The notes under the pieces: model-generated
Database searches by the model: none
What the model saw: the letters and a program-made list of their open reading frames with translations, nothing else
What the model was told of the DNA's origin: nothing
Assembly (NCBI GenBank): GCA_010093815.1
Contig: ML996573.1
Source: Pseudovirgaria hyperparasitica
Taxonomy: Eukaryota
Length of the DNA stretch: 64,000 nt
Strand: one strand, 5' to 3'
Shown here: piece after piece, positions 51,491 through 62,613 of the stretch
How positions within the stretch are numbered: the first letter of the stretch is position 1
Layout: the number at the start of each line of letters is the position of its first letter
Made by a program: the position numbers and the translations under genes

Positions 51491-53029
51491 TTACGTTTTG
51501 CCGTAGGTCTTCATCACGTGCTGAAAGGTGCTCACGAAGTCTGATTCATGTACCTCGACATCATCCGACTGCCAACTAGGACTCTTGAAACTCGCGCCAG
51601 ACTTCTCTTCTCCTCCGCCTTGTATCTTAAAGTATCCAATATGTTTTAGACCGGCGATATTCTCGAATCCTTTACATTGCAGACCCGGCGGCATGATATC
51701 GATAATGGTCGAGCCTTCCGGCATGAAGATACTATGCGTCATACCAGCTCCATGGACACCAATGAGCACTGTCGTATTGCTGATGACTTCCAACTGCTCT
51801 CCAAAAGACATTTCGGTAAAGTCCACAGTATCGATCGTTGCATCTGGGTATTTCTGCGCGATTCCAGCGAGTAGTTGATCTTGGTGAACAAATCGTCTAT
51901 TGCCTTTGCGATCCAGGAAGGTGATCCTGACGTTGTGATCGGTGATTGCCTTATCCACAACCTCGAAAGTCTTGAGGACACGATCACTGAACGTCTTGAC
52001 TAGCTCCGACTGCCAACAGTTGAGCTTCTCCCAGTCACCTTGCCAGATCGGATTGCTTCCTCCAGACAGTGGAATCACCACCTGCTTAAAATACCCCCTC
52101 TTCTCAACATTCATATTCGCATATTCTTCCATTCGCAGCGGCTTCTTTCCACCGCTGAACACAGTCCACAGATCTGCATATGGTTCCATCTTGATATGTG
52201 AATCGACAAAAACGACCTGCACATCATTTGACTGCGCAAAAGCCTCGAAGCCGAGCGTGTCCATAGTCAGCCAGAATGACCAAATCTCTAATAACGAGTG
52301 CCAGAGATTCCCTGGTAGCTCACGCTTAACAAGAACGACTGTGCCTCCGCGCTGGCTGGATATCTGCTGCTCTTTTTGCTCTGGCGTGCCGATGCGAAAT
52401 GTCTCTCTCAGCACATTTGGAACTCCTGTATCGTACATATATGTCGGTAGTCTCGAGAGAGCGTCTGGTGTACAGTCGAGGTCGAAGCGTGAGGTCGTTG
52501 CGTCGAATCTTGCGCCTTCAACCACGCAAAATGCATCCCGGCGACCGTGAGTGATCCCTACGTCGTGGCACGCAAAGGTCGAACCAACGTTCTGCGTCGA
52601 GCACATCTGCGTTACCGAAGACCGCAAAGCATGGATGTAGGTATGGTTGAATGCTAAGTCGCACCACTGAGATATTCCCTGATCTAATACCGCTCCGTTA
52701 TTAATGTACGTAGGGATCTGCTCTCTGTGAATGTCGACTGAGCCGTTCACGATTGGTGCCGATTGAGGACACGGTATAAGGTGGCCGGATGGTACCACTC
52801 TGTCGTGACCTCCCACGATGGTAGTAAAGACGTGTATAAAGCCATGGTGCGAAACCTCCAGGACAGCGATGCATAGAACGAAAATAAGAAACCCTCGTAC
52901 CAATTGGGAAGGCGATGCGCGGAACAACATATCAGCAATTCCAATGCAATGGGAATAAAGACGATGACCAATACTATTCACGACTTTCGGATGCCGATGA
53001 TCATATACATACCAGCTTTGAGAAGCCAT
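51491..53029 (-). CDS. Glycosyltransferase family 61 (EOGT/DUF563-like), type II membrane protein; start may be 52930
   Basis: N-terminal TM segment, RE..GNLWHSLLEIWS, ITFLDRKGNRR, SFGEQL, VLIGVHGAGMTHSIFMP, GFENIA. Confidence 0.85.
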   Translation of the reverse strand: MASQSWYVYDHRHPKVVNSIGHRLYSHCIGIADMLFRASPSQLVRGFLIFVLCIAVLEVSHHGFIHVFTTIVGGHDRVVPSGHLIPCPQSAPIVNGSVDIHREQIPTYINNGAVLDQGISQWCDLAFNHTYIHALRSSVTQMCSTQNVGSTFACHDVGITHGRRDAFCVVEGARFDATTSRFDLDCTPDALSRLPTYMYDTGVPNVLRETFRIGTPEQKEQQISSQRGGTVVLVKRELPGNLWHSLLEIWSFWLTMDTLGFEAFAQSNDVQVVFVDSHIKMEPYADLWTVFSGGKKPLRMEEYANMNVEKRGYFKQVVIPLSGGSNPIWQGDWEKLNCWQSELVKTFSDRVLKTFEVVDKAITDHNVRITFLDRKGNRRFVHQDQLLAGIAQKYPDATIDTVDFTEMSFGEQLEVISNTTVLIGVHGAGMTHSIFMPEGSTIIDIMPPGLQCKGFENIAGLKHIGYFKIQGGGEEKSGASFKSPSWQSDDVEVHESDFVSTFQHVMKTYGKT

Positions 53030-54053
53030 ATGTTTCGCTCAGCCAAGTAGCGGGACGACTCGAATTCCAGCACAAGGACCTCCATTGCGCCCCATAAGCG
53101 CCTACGCCTCTCAAGTTCCCGCACTCATCCACATGCGGGTAACATTCTAAGGGCTTACTGCCTCATATGGCATAGGTACGTTGGACTTGATGCTATAAAG
53201 CTGTGCCATAACTCTAAGCAACCTAGACCAAGGATGCTAGTACCTGTTGAGGCTCACTGGGGCCGTCATCATGGGCGCAGAGTGGTATTTTAGGGCTTAT
53301 GTTGGAGTTGGTGTTTTCGTGGGCTATTACTACGCGGCATGACATAGGTAACATTTGCGTTCTTCGTGTCTGATCTATTTAGTGAGATTTACGCCACGTT
53401 GGCGCCCTTGTCCTTACCCTGGCAGGCTAAATATACCTCACGTTCCGAGGACTAGTCACTTTACGTTAGGGTCTCACTAGCTTAGCTGCATAGATCTAGC
53501 GTATGCACAGGTCTGCAAATAAGTCGACCTGAATACGAATTCTTATCCTTGTTTTCAAATCTACGGCAAGATGTTCCATACTTGTATAAAATACCAACAG
53601 TAATTCTGCTTGCTAAAGGGCTATTGTGGTCGCCTTCAGACTTGGCTATGTTCACAATCTAGAGTTCCTGGTACGGCGTTGGCGCATCAGACTACGCCCC
53701 GGAGGAGTTCAATACCACTATCTCGTCGCACGAGACTTTCCACCCCAATTATTATATATCTAGTCCAGTACTACACAAGCACGAGAATTCTGCGAGGCTG
53801 ATGGCTCCGATTAAAGACCTCGCCTGAAGAGGTCGTCAGAAGATATTAGTTTCTGCAGAGACTTCGATTTGAGTTATTGGTTCTCAAAGCTGTGTGAAAA
53901 CCTAAACGATATGCCACTTCGTCATGTTGAGCAGCATCCGAGCTGTGCAATGGTCCTCTTGTACGAACCGTAGGTTCCTAGAGAGGATGGTAGGACCGCC
54001 CTTCGTCATTCCTCTGCGACAGTATTGCATGACGTTGAAAGCCCGTGGTTGAT

Positions 54054-55424
54054 CTACGTATCAAGCATGTTGGTCGCATGAAGCGCACTCCAGACCTCAC
54101 TCGCAAGTGCTGGTGACTGGAAGGCGACGCCCAGTTCCTGACTGGTATACCAGCTTGCGCGGTCCATGTTGCCGCTTCCTAATATGACCCATTCCTTGTC
54201 GACAATCGTACATTTTATATGGCTTTGTACAGGAACATTCCTCTGGGCGTCAATTGCTGAACCAGGCTTGAAGAACCATATCTCTAGCGTGCCTGGGATC
54301 TTGAGACCTGCCTCTGGATCGCGCTGTGAGTATGCTGCTTGGTGGGCTTTATACCGTTTGACAAGCTTCTTCAAACATCTTTTTGTCGTAGTTCCTGCCG
54401 TGACAATTTGCTCTAGGATCATAAGTCGTGCTGAGGTAACAATGGTCACATTGACGCCACGAACCAGTGTGGCTAGAAGAGCTGACAGCACAGGAGGTGA
54501 GGTTAGATTGGGTGTTTGTATGTAGATGTCTTTCGAAGCTTTCTCCAGGAGACGTAGTAGGAACCGGTTCAGCGGAGTCTCCGGATATGGTGTCACCGCC
54601 TGTTCCGTGAAAGGACTCCAACTTGGGTTCCGTCTATGAGGTGATGGTAGAAAGACTGTCAGCATGGAACGTGTATCTGTCACACGACGATGGCAAAATT
54701 TGGGATGTAGATGCTCTTGGCTAGTGAATTCTGGTATTTGTCTTGGTAGATCGAGTTGACCAGACTCTCCAGGCATAATATCCGGAAGAGGATCTTTACG
54801 TGCCCAAAATGATTGATAGAACTGCACAAATTGTTGCACGACAGGGCCTGACAGCTCTATGCCACCTTCGAACCAGGACTCCCAGCTCACATTACAGCTT
54901 GGCAACCATGCAGTCTTGCGGTCAATGATTACATATTTAGGATGCATGACACTGAAGGGAAGGACGAATATGCTTTTGATCTGTAAATCCAGTCCAGGTA
55001 GTTCCTGAGGTGGAGGCAGATACAGATGCGATGTCCATTTGTCTTTGGGCCAGATCTGACCGTCCAGTGAGGTTGTGTGGAATAGCTTCTGAATCAATGA
55101 TAAGGATGAGAATGCGATCCGAACACGTATGGTAGCTCCTAGGATCTCAGCTTTTCGGGAGAGCATTCGTAGGGCATGACTGAGCTTCTCCTGGGAGTTA
55201 GACTTGGCCCAAAAGCAGGTGACGAAGATGACTTCATGTTCTGCTGCTTCGATATATGGTGCTATCGCATCAAATATATCTGCGCCTGTTCCCAGAACGA
55301 AATTGTGCGCTGTAGATGTTGTAACTAGGGCAGTCGGATCAGCAGCGAAGTAGTTTGGGTCATCTCGCTGGAAGTTTTTAGAAGCGTCTAGTAGAACAGA
55401 CTTCCAGTAAGCTGTAGGGCTCAT
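54054..55424 (-). CDS. Phospholipase D superfamily protein with two HKD motifs
   Basis: HPKYVIID and HIKCTIVD..GSGNMD; IYIQTPN. Confidence 0.88.
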   Translation of the reverse strand: MSPTAYWKSVLLDASKNFQRDDPNYFAADPTALVTTSTAHNFVLGTGADIFDAIAPYIEAAEHEVIFVTCFWAKSNSQEKLSHALRMLSRKAEILGATIRVRIAFSSLSLIQKLFHTTSLDGQIWPKDKWTSHLYLPPPQELPGLDLQIKSIFVLPFSVMHPKYVIIDRKTAWLPSCNVSWESWFEGGIELSGPVVQQFVQFYQSFWARKDPLPDIMPGESGQLDLPRQIPEFTSQEHLHPKFCHRRVTDTRSMLTVFLPSPHRRNPSWSPFTEQAVTPYPETPLNRFLLRLLEKASKDIYIQTPNLTSPPVLSALLATLVRGVNVTIVTSARLMILEQIVTAGTTTKRCLKKLVKRYKAHQAAYSQRDPEAGLKIPGTLEIWFFKPGSAIDAQRNVPVQSHIKCTIVDKEWVILGSGNMDRASWYTSQELGVAFQSPALASEVWSALHATNMLDT

Positions 55425-55747
55425 AATCAATCAAGGCTATACAACGAAGAACCCGGGCCGCTGGTGCGAATCATCAGTATCAATGATGAATTGGATGCAT
55501 CGGCAAAGGAAACCTGAAACTCGAGTTTTTGGCCCAGGTAGGTCTAGCTCTCGATCCCCTGATCAGATCTTATCTAATCAGGTCGGTACCATCATAGCCC
55601 CTCCATTTCCTACCAGTCGTTTCCCCATGACTCTAAAGACCCTTCTTCCTTTGCTTAAACGAGACGCTGACAGCTCGAGCGAAGTTCTTGACACCAAACA
55701 CTTGATTATATACCACCAGTAACCCAATCCAGATCCAGCGCTCAACT

Positions 55748-56466
55748 ATGCCTAAGAAAGCTGCGGGCGAAAACTCTAAAAAGGCCGCAGGCAACGCCCG
55801 CAAAGCCGACGCCGCGGCCGCAAAGCAAGCGGAAGCGGACAAAAAGGCAGCAGCCGCAGAAGCCGAGCAATGGTCTAAAGGCTCTAAGTCTAATTCCAAA
55901 GCGTATTCCGTTCCAATCTGCTTCTAGATCCCGACTTCCACTGAAATCCATATAGTGCCGCAGCAGAAGAGAAACAAGCTGAGGCTCTGCGCAAAAAAGC
56001 CGAAAAAGCAGCCCTTCTCGCTGAAGAAGAAGCCTCACTTCCCTCCAAGCCCAAAGGCGCCGGCGCCAAAAAGGCAGAGAAGAAACCCAGAGGCATAGAT
56101 TCGGCATTTAGTGATCTTGACGGTCAAACTTCAAAAAAGGCTACATCACTCAACGCAACCGGCATTGACAATGCGCTTGACGCGCTATCTCTGACGTCTA
56201 ACACCAATGAGAGCATAGACCGGCATCCAGAGAGGAGATTCAAAGCAGCATATACCCAGTATGAGGAGCGAAGATTAGAAGAGATGAAAGATGAGAAAGG
56301 ACTGAGGCGAAACCAGAAGATTGACCAGATACGCAAGGAATTTGAGAAACATCCAGACAACCCATTCAATCAGGTCGCAGGGAAGTTCAACAGTACGCGG
56401 GAAGAGTTAAGGGATATTGCGGCGGGTGAGAGGGACAAGACAGAGAGGAGGCTTGGAGGGCAGTGA
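55748..56466 (+). CDS. LSO2: CCDC124/Lso2 (DUF1014) ribosome hibernation factor; exons 55748-55902, 55956-56466
   Basis: GENSKKAAGNARKA, LNATGIDNALDAL, DRHPERRFKAAY, GLRRNQ, FEKHPDNPFNQ. Confidence 0.92.
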
Positions 56467-57163
56467 TGTCATTGTGATAGCAAGAACCATTCTCGGCTAC
56501 CAGTATGGCCCTGACGGTTGTCTTTAGACTGCATGTTCTCCGTGAAATATGCTAATATACCGGATCTGGTACTCTGCTTCTCATACAGCACACGCTTCAT
56601 AAGAGACATATTTGGAAGCCTGAGGCAGAAAGTGTGGGCTAGAAGAATTGGAAAAGGTACATCAATTTGACTCTTGTTCACGCATCTAGAAAAATCAGAC
56701 AATTGCTCTCTAGGTTCACGACATGCGAAGTCGTCTAGGTCGTCGCCCAGGTATCCGCACACGTCAACAAGAATGGACTATGTTGTACGTTGACACCAAC
56801 AACAATCGACAGTATGACTAGATGATATGACGGTATCTTTTGGATCTCCGCCTGTATTGACAGCATGATACCATAAAATGCTGTCAAGTAAATGCAAAAT
56901 GCTGGCTTTGACTAGAACCAATCAAGTCAAGAAAACAATTCTCGTCTGCTGGGTAGCAAGCATGAGTGGAATAGAGTAGCCGGGTCCCAATAACAGCATC
57001 ACGCGACTAGCAATGACACGATGAGACAAGATAAACATATTCAGTTCCTGCGGCACGTTTCGCAGCACTCATGTTCTTCATCCTACAAGAGACTGCAGAA
57101 ACGCTATTGGTGCTGTAGAAGAGGGCCCCTGTTAACAACATCTGAACTCCACCTCCAGCTCAA

Positions 57164-58568
57164 CTAAACGACTCCCTCCTCCTTCGCCCTCCTTTCCCTC
57201 TGCCTCCTTGCTTTCGCCGCCGCTCTAGGTGAGAAGATCCTCCTCAAACCCAACCATGGCGTATTGACCGGACTCTCACCTGTGTAGATGAAGGCATCAT
57301 ACAAGAAGCCACCAAACGTACAACCACAGAACGGCGCCACGATCGGTACCCAAAAGTAATAGCCCCCTGCAGACCACACCTCAGATCCATAGCCCACCGC
57401 GTAACTCATCAATCTTGGTCCAAAATCACGCGCAAGATTGATCGCGTATCCAGTCTCAACGCCGAAACATGCGCCAATACCAAATATGAGAAAGAACAGC
57501 GCGAGGGGAAACCATTTGTCGCCCTTGCTGCCGCCCATGTTTCCATTATCCTTGAGTGCAAATATGACGAACATGAGGACCGCACTCGCGATGAATTCAG
57601 AGAAGAACTGACTTGCTCGGGTCAAGTATGCTTTAGGGTAAGTGCAAAATATTCCTGCGGTGGCAGTTGAGCTGGGTGGCACGGTGCGAACGTTGTGGCC
57701 TTCGAAGTCGTTTATTGCGTTGATGTAGTTTGCGTATACGACGCCAGACGCAACGAAGCCGCCTAATAATTGTGCGAGCAAGTACAGGGGAAAACGCCGC
57801 CAGGGAAGTTTACGGTAAAGGCACGAACAGAATGTTACGGCTGGGTTCAGGTAAGCACCGCTATCTCCTGCGACATATATGCCTAGCATGATGCCTATAC
57901 CCCAACTGCGTGGTCGTCAGCATGATTCAATTGGCATAGAGCTGTTCAAATGAGTGATTAATGAGATATCAGCTAACTAACCCCCAGGAGATTGACTGAT
58001 ACGACCCATAGCCGTTCCCTCCAGGTGCCGTCGTATCGCCTACACTTAGCAACACCTGCGCGACGGCCCCGTTTCCAAAGAGTATCAGGATGAATGTGCC
58101 CCAGAACTCGGCAAATGGCTCACGCAGTGTCAATTTGATCTTGCTCCATATCAAATGATTATGTGGCTCTTCGTCGTGCTCGTCGATGATGGGCACGGTC
58201 GGGTGAAGACCCAAGCGCTGTCGTGTTTTCTGAAGGGTCGGGAGTGATGAGGCTCTGCTTTCTTTGCGTGTGACGAGATCGAACGTGGATGGCTGTTGTG
58301 TTGAGATGGTTTCGAGGTGTTGTGTATGACTGGGTGAGGGAAGGGGAATGGTAGTGCGGGAGTCATGAAAATAGGTGAAAGGGGCCGACTGAGTGCGGTT
58401 ATAGTGATAACGTTGATCGTGTTGAGGGCCTCTCGGTGAGCTCTGAGACAGTTCTGGCTCATAGTCTTTCTGTGTATATTCCTCTTGTGTACTTGAACGG
58501 CGTGAGAAATGTCGGTAGTATTGCTGATCACCGAGTTCGTCACCGTCAACAGCACCGGGGGCTGCCAT
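57164..58568 (-). CDS. Aquaglyceroporin (GlpF/Fps1-like MIP); intron 57906-57981; 5' end uncertain (a possible upstream exon ends near 58669)
   Basis: REPFAEFWGTFILILFGNG, SISWG|WG, SGAYLNPAVT, AGIFCTYP, TGYAINLARDFGPR (NPA/NLA pair). Confidence 0.92.
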
Positions 58569-59407
58569 GTGAGGAGTGGATTTAACAGCGATGTTCCCTG
58601 TCAATCTGTGGAGCTATGGGTCAAACGAGTCAGTAATGGGAATTTCGAGAATAGGACCATCGACATACGGCTTTCAAGTATGCTATAGTCACACAGCAGT
58701 GCACTGTCATACGATATCTCTGGCATGCGAGGACCGGGAGAGGAGACTTAAGTATATAAGGGGCGCAATCGCCGTAATCAGCCCTAAATTCCTTCGCATT
58801 AATTACTTCCCCCAGGAAATGACGTCGCGCTATACCCGAGCGTCGGCATATAAATGTTTTGCATGGGGAAGCTATTGCTACGCTATGCTGATTTGGGTCG
58901 AGTGTGCTACGATGAGACGGAATGGTACACGACAAATGGCGCTAGAATCGGTCGGATCTGATAGCAGGCGCGGCTATACCATCTCCGCTGGGCTACCCTA
59001 TATATCTCACTCTAACCCTTTGTTCAAGCTTGAAGCCAATACCATATGCTTCTCGTCTCGAATCTGAACGCGGGCATCCCCAAGAATTGATCTCAATGGC
59101 CACGATCGAGTGGGACTTAACCTGAGCCTTTCGATAGTCTTTTGAGCTACAAACGACGGATAGTCAGTATAGCTAAGAGCTTCTGGTCCGGAGTAACTAG
59201 CTCGTAACGCGTAGAAAACAGCTGAAATGGTTCCTTCACCCATGTACAAAAGAGCACTGCAAAAGTGGATTTCAAAGGCATCCCTACTCGAGGATTTCGA
59301 GATGAGACTATTAAGCTGAAGGCGACTGGAGGAAAGATATGTGCCTGTCAAGACTTATCGGGAGGTACATACATCCTGACAACGGTAAGGTTGCCTCAAG
59401 TGCCCGC

Positions 59408-60109
59408 TCAGGCCGTCGTATCAACAATAGAAATCCTCCTCACCCTAGTCACACGCCCTGTTCCAGTACTGATATGTCTTGGGATAACACGAACTTGCAC
59501 AATATAGTACGTCTTGTACTTATAGCACGTCGTACTCCTTGCATATTGGACTTTCTTCTCCTCTCTTGCGCATTTGTCCTCGCACTCCTTTCCTTCCACA
59601 TATTGGACCTTCTTTTCCTCTCTCTTGCATGTGTCTTCGCACTCCTTTCCATACACATATTGGGTTTTCTTCTCGTCTTTTTTGTGTCTGTCCTCGCACA
59701 CCTTTCTGTCCACATGTTGGACCTTCTTCGCCTCAGTCTTGTACCTGTCCTCACACTCCTTTCTATCCACATATTGGATCTTCTTCTCTTCTCTCTTGCA
59801 CCTATCCTCGCACCCATTTCTAGCTATATATTGGACCTTCTTCTCATCTCTCTTCCTTCTATCCTCGCACTCATTTCTATATCCATTTCGGTCGGTTGTA
59901 TAGTCACTTTTGGGCTTCTCGTGACGCGAGGCTTTGTACTCCTTTTCTGGGCGCGCTACAGGGGGTGCAGAGCTTGGGCTTGGTCTTCGCGATCTGGCTG
60001 ACTGTCGTAATGGAGATGTCTCAACTGGACTGTTGAATTGGACTCGTCGATCGGTTTTGATGTATGCGGTGTGTGCGGTTGGTTTGCTGGTCAGCCAGCT
60101 TGAGGGCAT
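59408..60109 (-). CDS. Orphan protein with six tandem 19-aa charged repeats (xCEDxxKxEEKKVQYxxxK)
   Basis: ATG in GTCAAGATG context after a pyrimidine-rich leader. The frame is open across the repeat and Cys-Glu-Asp is invariant in all six copies. Confidence 0.55.
   Translation of the reverse strand: MPSSWLTSKPTAHTAYIKTDRRVQFNSPVETSPLRQSARSRRPSPSSAPPVARPEKEYKASRHEKPKSDYTTDRNGYRNECEDRRKRDEKKVQYIARNGCEDRCKREEKKIQYVDRKECEDRYKTEAKKVQHVDRKVCEDRHKKDEKKTQYVYGKECEDTCKREEKKVQYVEGKECEDKCAREEKKVQYARSTTCYKYKTYYIVQVRVIPRHISTGTGRVTRVRRISIVDTTA
59531..59872. repeat. 57-bp minisatellite, six diverged copies
   Basis: Recurring catattggac(c/t)ttcttc..tcctcgcac core at 57-nt spacing. Confidence 0.9.
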
Positions 60110-61202
60110 CTTGACCTTTGCGGAGAGATGTGGAGAGGGATGCGAGGATGAGAAAGCTAAGAGGCTCGACACCGAGCTTAGTATGGATCGTGATGAGTCG
60201 TTCGGATCTAGACTATGAGGTGGTGACTGTATTGTTGTTATCGGATCCCCCTTTTTCCGGCATGGGAAGTTGTTGTTATTCTCCATGCCAATCGGAGAAA
60301 AACGTTGACTGTACACATGACTTGGACAACGGATAAGAGCATAACATTACAGTCTACGCAAGGATTTATTAGGGACCGAGTGATGTATTGCTGATATTTC
60401 AGTCAACATGGTGCTCTATTAGCTCCTCCTGAAGCTTCTCAAGCCCTGCTTCGACTCATATTCCTTGCGCCCTGATCATTCGACTGAGAACTGTCATCAT
60501 ATCGATCAGTAGCTTTTGTTCTGTTCTAGACAATTTTCTGCTTCTCTTGCTACATTCTCGTGGCCATGTATCGCACCTCTTGTTGAGATGAGGCTTTGGC
60601 TGCCCTACTACAAAGACTCGATTCTTAATCCCAATGCCGCCACTATCCGAGTATCTTTGGGTCAACATCGATCAACAAAGCCTTCTTGAAGTTTTCTTTC
60701 AAGTAATGTGAATGAATTCATTAAAAGGATATTGTATTGTGCATGCCGTGACGGTCGGCGTATGGGTACATATCGCAATATAGATGTAGGGCTGGCAGCA
60801 GCAAATGAGCAGTCTGCCAGTTGCGTCTCCAAGAGCGTACCTAACTGTGAATAGTTCAGATGCAATCAATAATGCTAGAAGGTATGATCGTTCTTGAGGC
60901 TGTACCATTGGCTTGCCATGAAGATAATAGCACGTGAAGAACACGGGTCATAGGACAGCTTGACCATATATTGTGCACAAGCTTGAGCGTATAGATGGGA
61001 GCAACTGTTGTCATAATTTTTTCACGAGCTGAGGACTGCATAATATAAACGTCACGAACACCCCATCAACATCTGGACCGGCGAAACCACATCTGTCACA
61101 AGCAAGGACACCTGCGAGGAGGGAAAATTATACATAGATGGATATAACATGCCTAGTGCTAATGTAGTTCTATATTTGTATAAGGTATGCTGTCTCAGTC
61201 CC

Positions 61203-61556
61203 TTATTTGGCACCTTCTTTCTTGTCCTTATGCCTAGCCACAATGAACTTTGGCTCACATCCGAAGAGACGTCTGTACTGTTGATCATCTTTGTATATAA
61301 GGCGCATGGGTTTTATCCTGACGTTAAGGTTCTTCACTATTGCCTTACTGCTGCTGCTGCTGCTGCTACTCCCCATCGTCCTGCTACTGCTTGTTTCAGC
61401 CGCACTACTTCGAATTTTGGCAGCGGGCGGTCTGGTTTTCTTGTGAGACACAAGGTTTTGGTCTTGAGACTCCTTAGATCCCTTGGGATCTCCATTCTTA
61501 CTGCCTTGAGATTCTGCTTGCTGGTTCGGCATTATAAAGGGCGATAAAGAATCCAA
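61203..61556 (-). CDS. Ser/Lys-rich orphan ORF (may be the 5' part of a decayed multi-exon gene)
   Basis: 117-aa ORF with a trinucleotide-encoded poly-Ser run; strong TATATAAAAA about 220 bp upstream (61784-61775). Confidence 0.35.
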   Translation of the reverse strand: MDSLSPFIMPNQQAESQGSKNGDPKGSKESQDQNLVSHKKTRPPAAKIRSSAAETSSSRTMGSSSSSSSSKAIVKNLNVRIKPMRLIYKDDQQYRRLFGCEPKFIVARHKDKKEGAK

Positions 61557-61869
61557 TGATATAAGTTTAGTGTCGTAAAGTGTTCTTCTTGCTCAAACTC
61601 GAGGTCGATGGCTAGAATATGGTAAGTAACATAGAGCTATATGTGATAACTTCAACTAGAACTGATACTCAATATAGGAGGTCGTACTCGATAGTCCGGA
61701 TTTGGTAGTCTAGTAGTGTCGGTCTAGAGGGTCTGTTGTTGCACAGCGAGAGAGACTCCACATCCACCTTGGGGTTTTTATATAAGATATAGGAACTGGT
61801 GAACATGGCAAGACAAATTAACTATGTTCGATAAGATAGTGAAGCATACGCCTTGATACCTTTCAGATT

Positions 61870-61907
61870 GCCAGCGAGCGAGTTTAACGTTTAACTCGCC
61901 CGCTGGC
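61870..61907. repeat. 38-bp near-perfect palindrome
   Basis: GCCAGCGAGCGAGTTTAAC|GTTTAACTCGCCCGCTGGC; 17 of 19 arm positions are complementary. Confidence 0.85.
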
Positions 61908-62613
61908 CATAAATCGAGGAAACCAACGCCCTCACCATATCTCTTCACCTCTTTCTCCTGCCAGGCAAGGGGGCCACTTTTCTACATTCACATTTTCCGA
62001 TATATCGAGCCATGCTAACGGTGAGTAGTGACTAACTGGAACTTATACAGCTCTCTATAACATCCTATGTCAGTAACAGTAGATTTACTTGCAAGTTTCT
62101 ACACTAGTTCCAGAGTACAACGTTTGCCACGATCAGCTCACGAGGCAAAAATCTTTCACATCGCTGCGGTGAGATATGTTTGGTTGCAGAGGACAGTGCA
62201 CGGGCAGTGTACTGATATGACTCTGACTGACACTGTATTGATTATGGGTTGAGCATTAGATCGTTCTTTGGTTGGGTGTGTTGGGCCAGTGGAAGCATCT
62301 GCGTTTGCGTGGGAATGCTATAGTGAGAGGCTTAGAATATCATTATATGAGGTATTCGGTCAGGAGATACGGAACAGAAAATAATGGAATTGAAAGGAAC
62401 CGTAACGCAAGGATATCAGTGAAGAGACTCCTACAGGCAGGTGCTGGATTGTGTAGAGGGATGTTCATCGTTGTTTGTAGAAACAATGGAGTCGACAGCG
62501 CAATTGAAATACTCAGGTCGAACGCACCTTCACATCAGTGTTATGTATTCTACATACGAGCATCAATGACTTTGCTTTTGATATCTATGAATTCCGTATT
62601 CATGTTCCCGGGT

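Noticed and set aside
59531..59872. Possible CRISPR-like array
   Set aside because: Contiguous diverged units with no unique spacers, in-frame coding, in a eukaryotic context with no cas genes.
59339..60001. Hydrophobic repeat ORF on the + strand of the 57-bp minisatellite
   Set aside because: Mirror of the purine-rich minus-strand frame. The minus-strand ORF has the better start context and invariant residues. Not formally excluded without RNA data.
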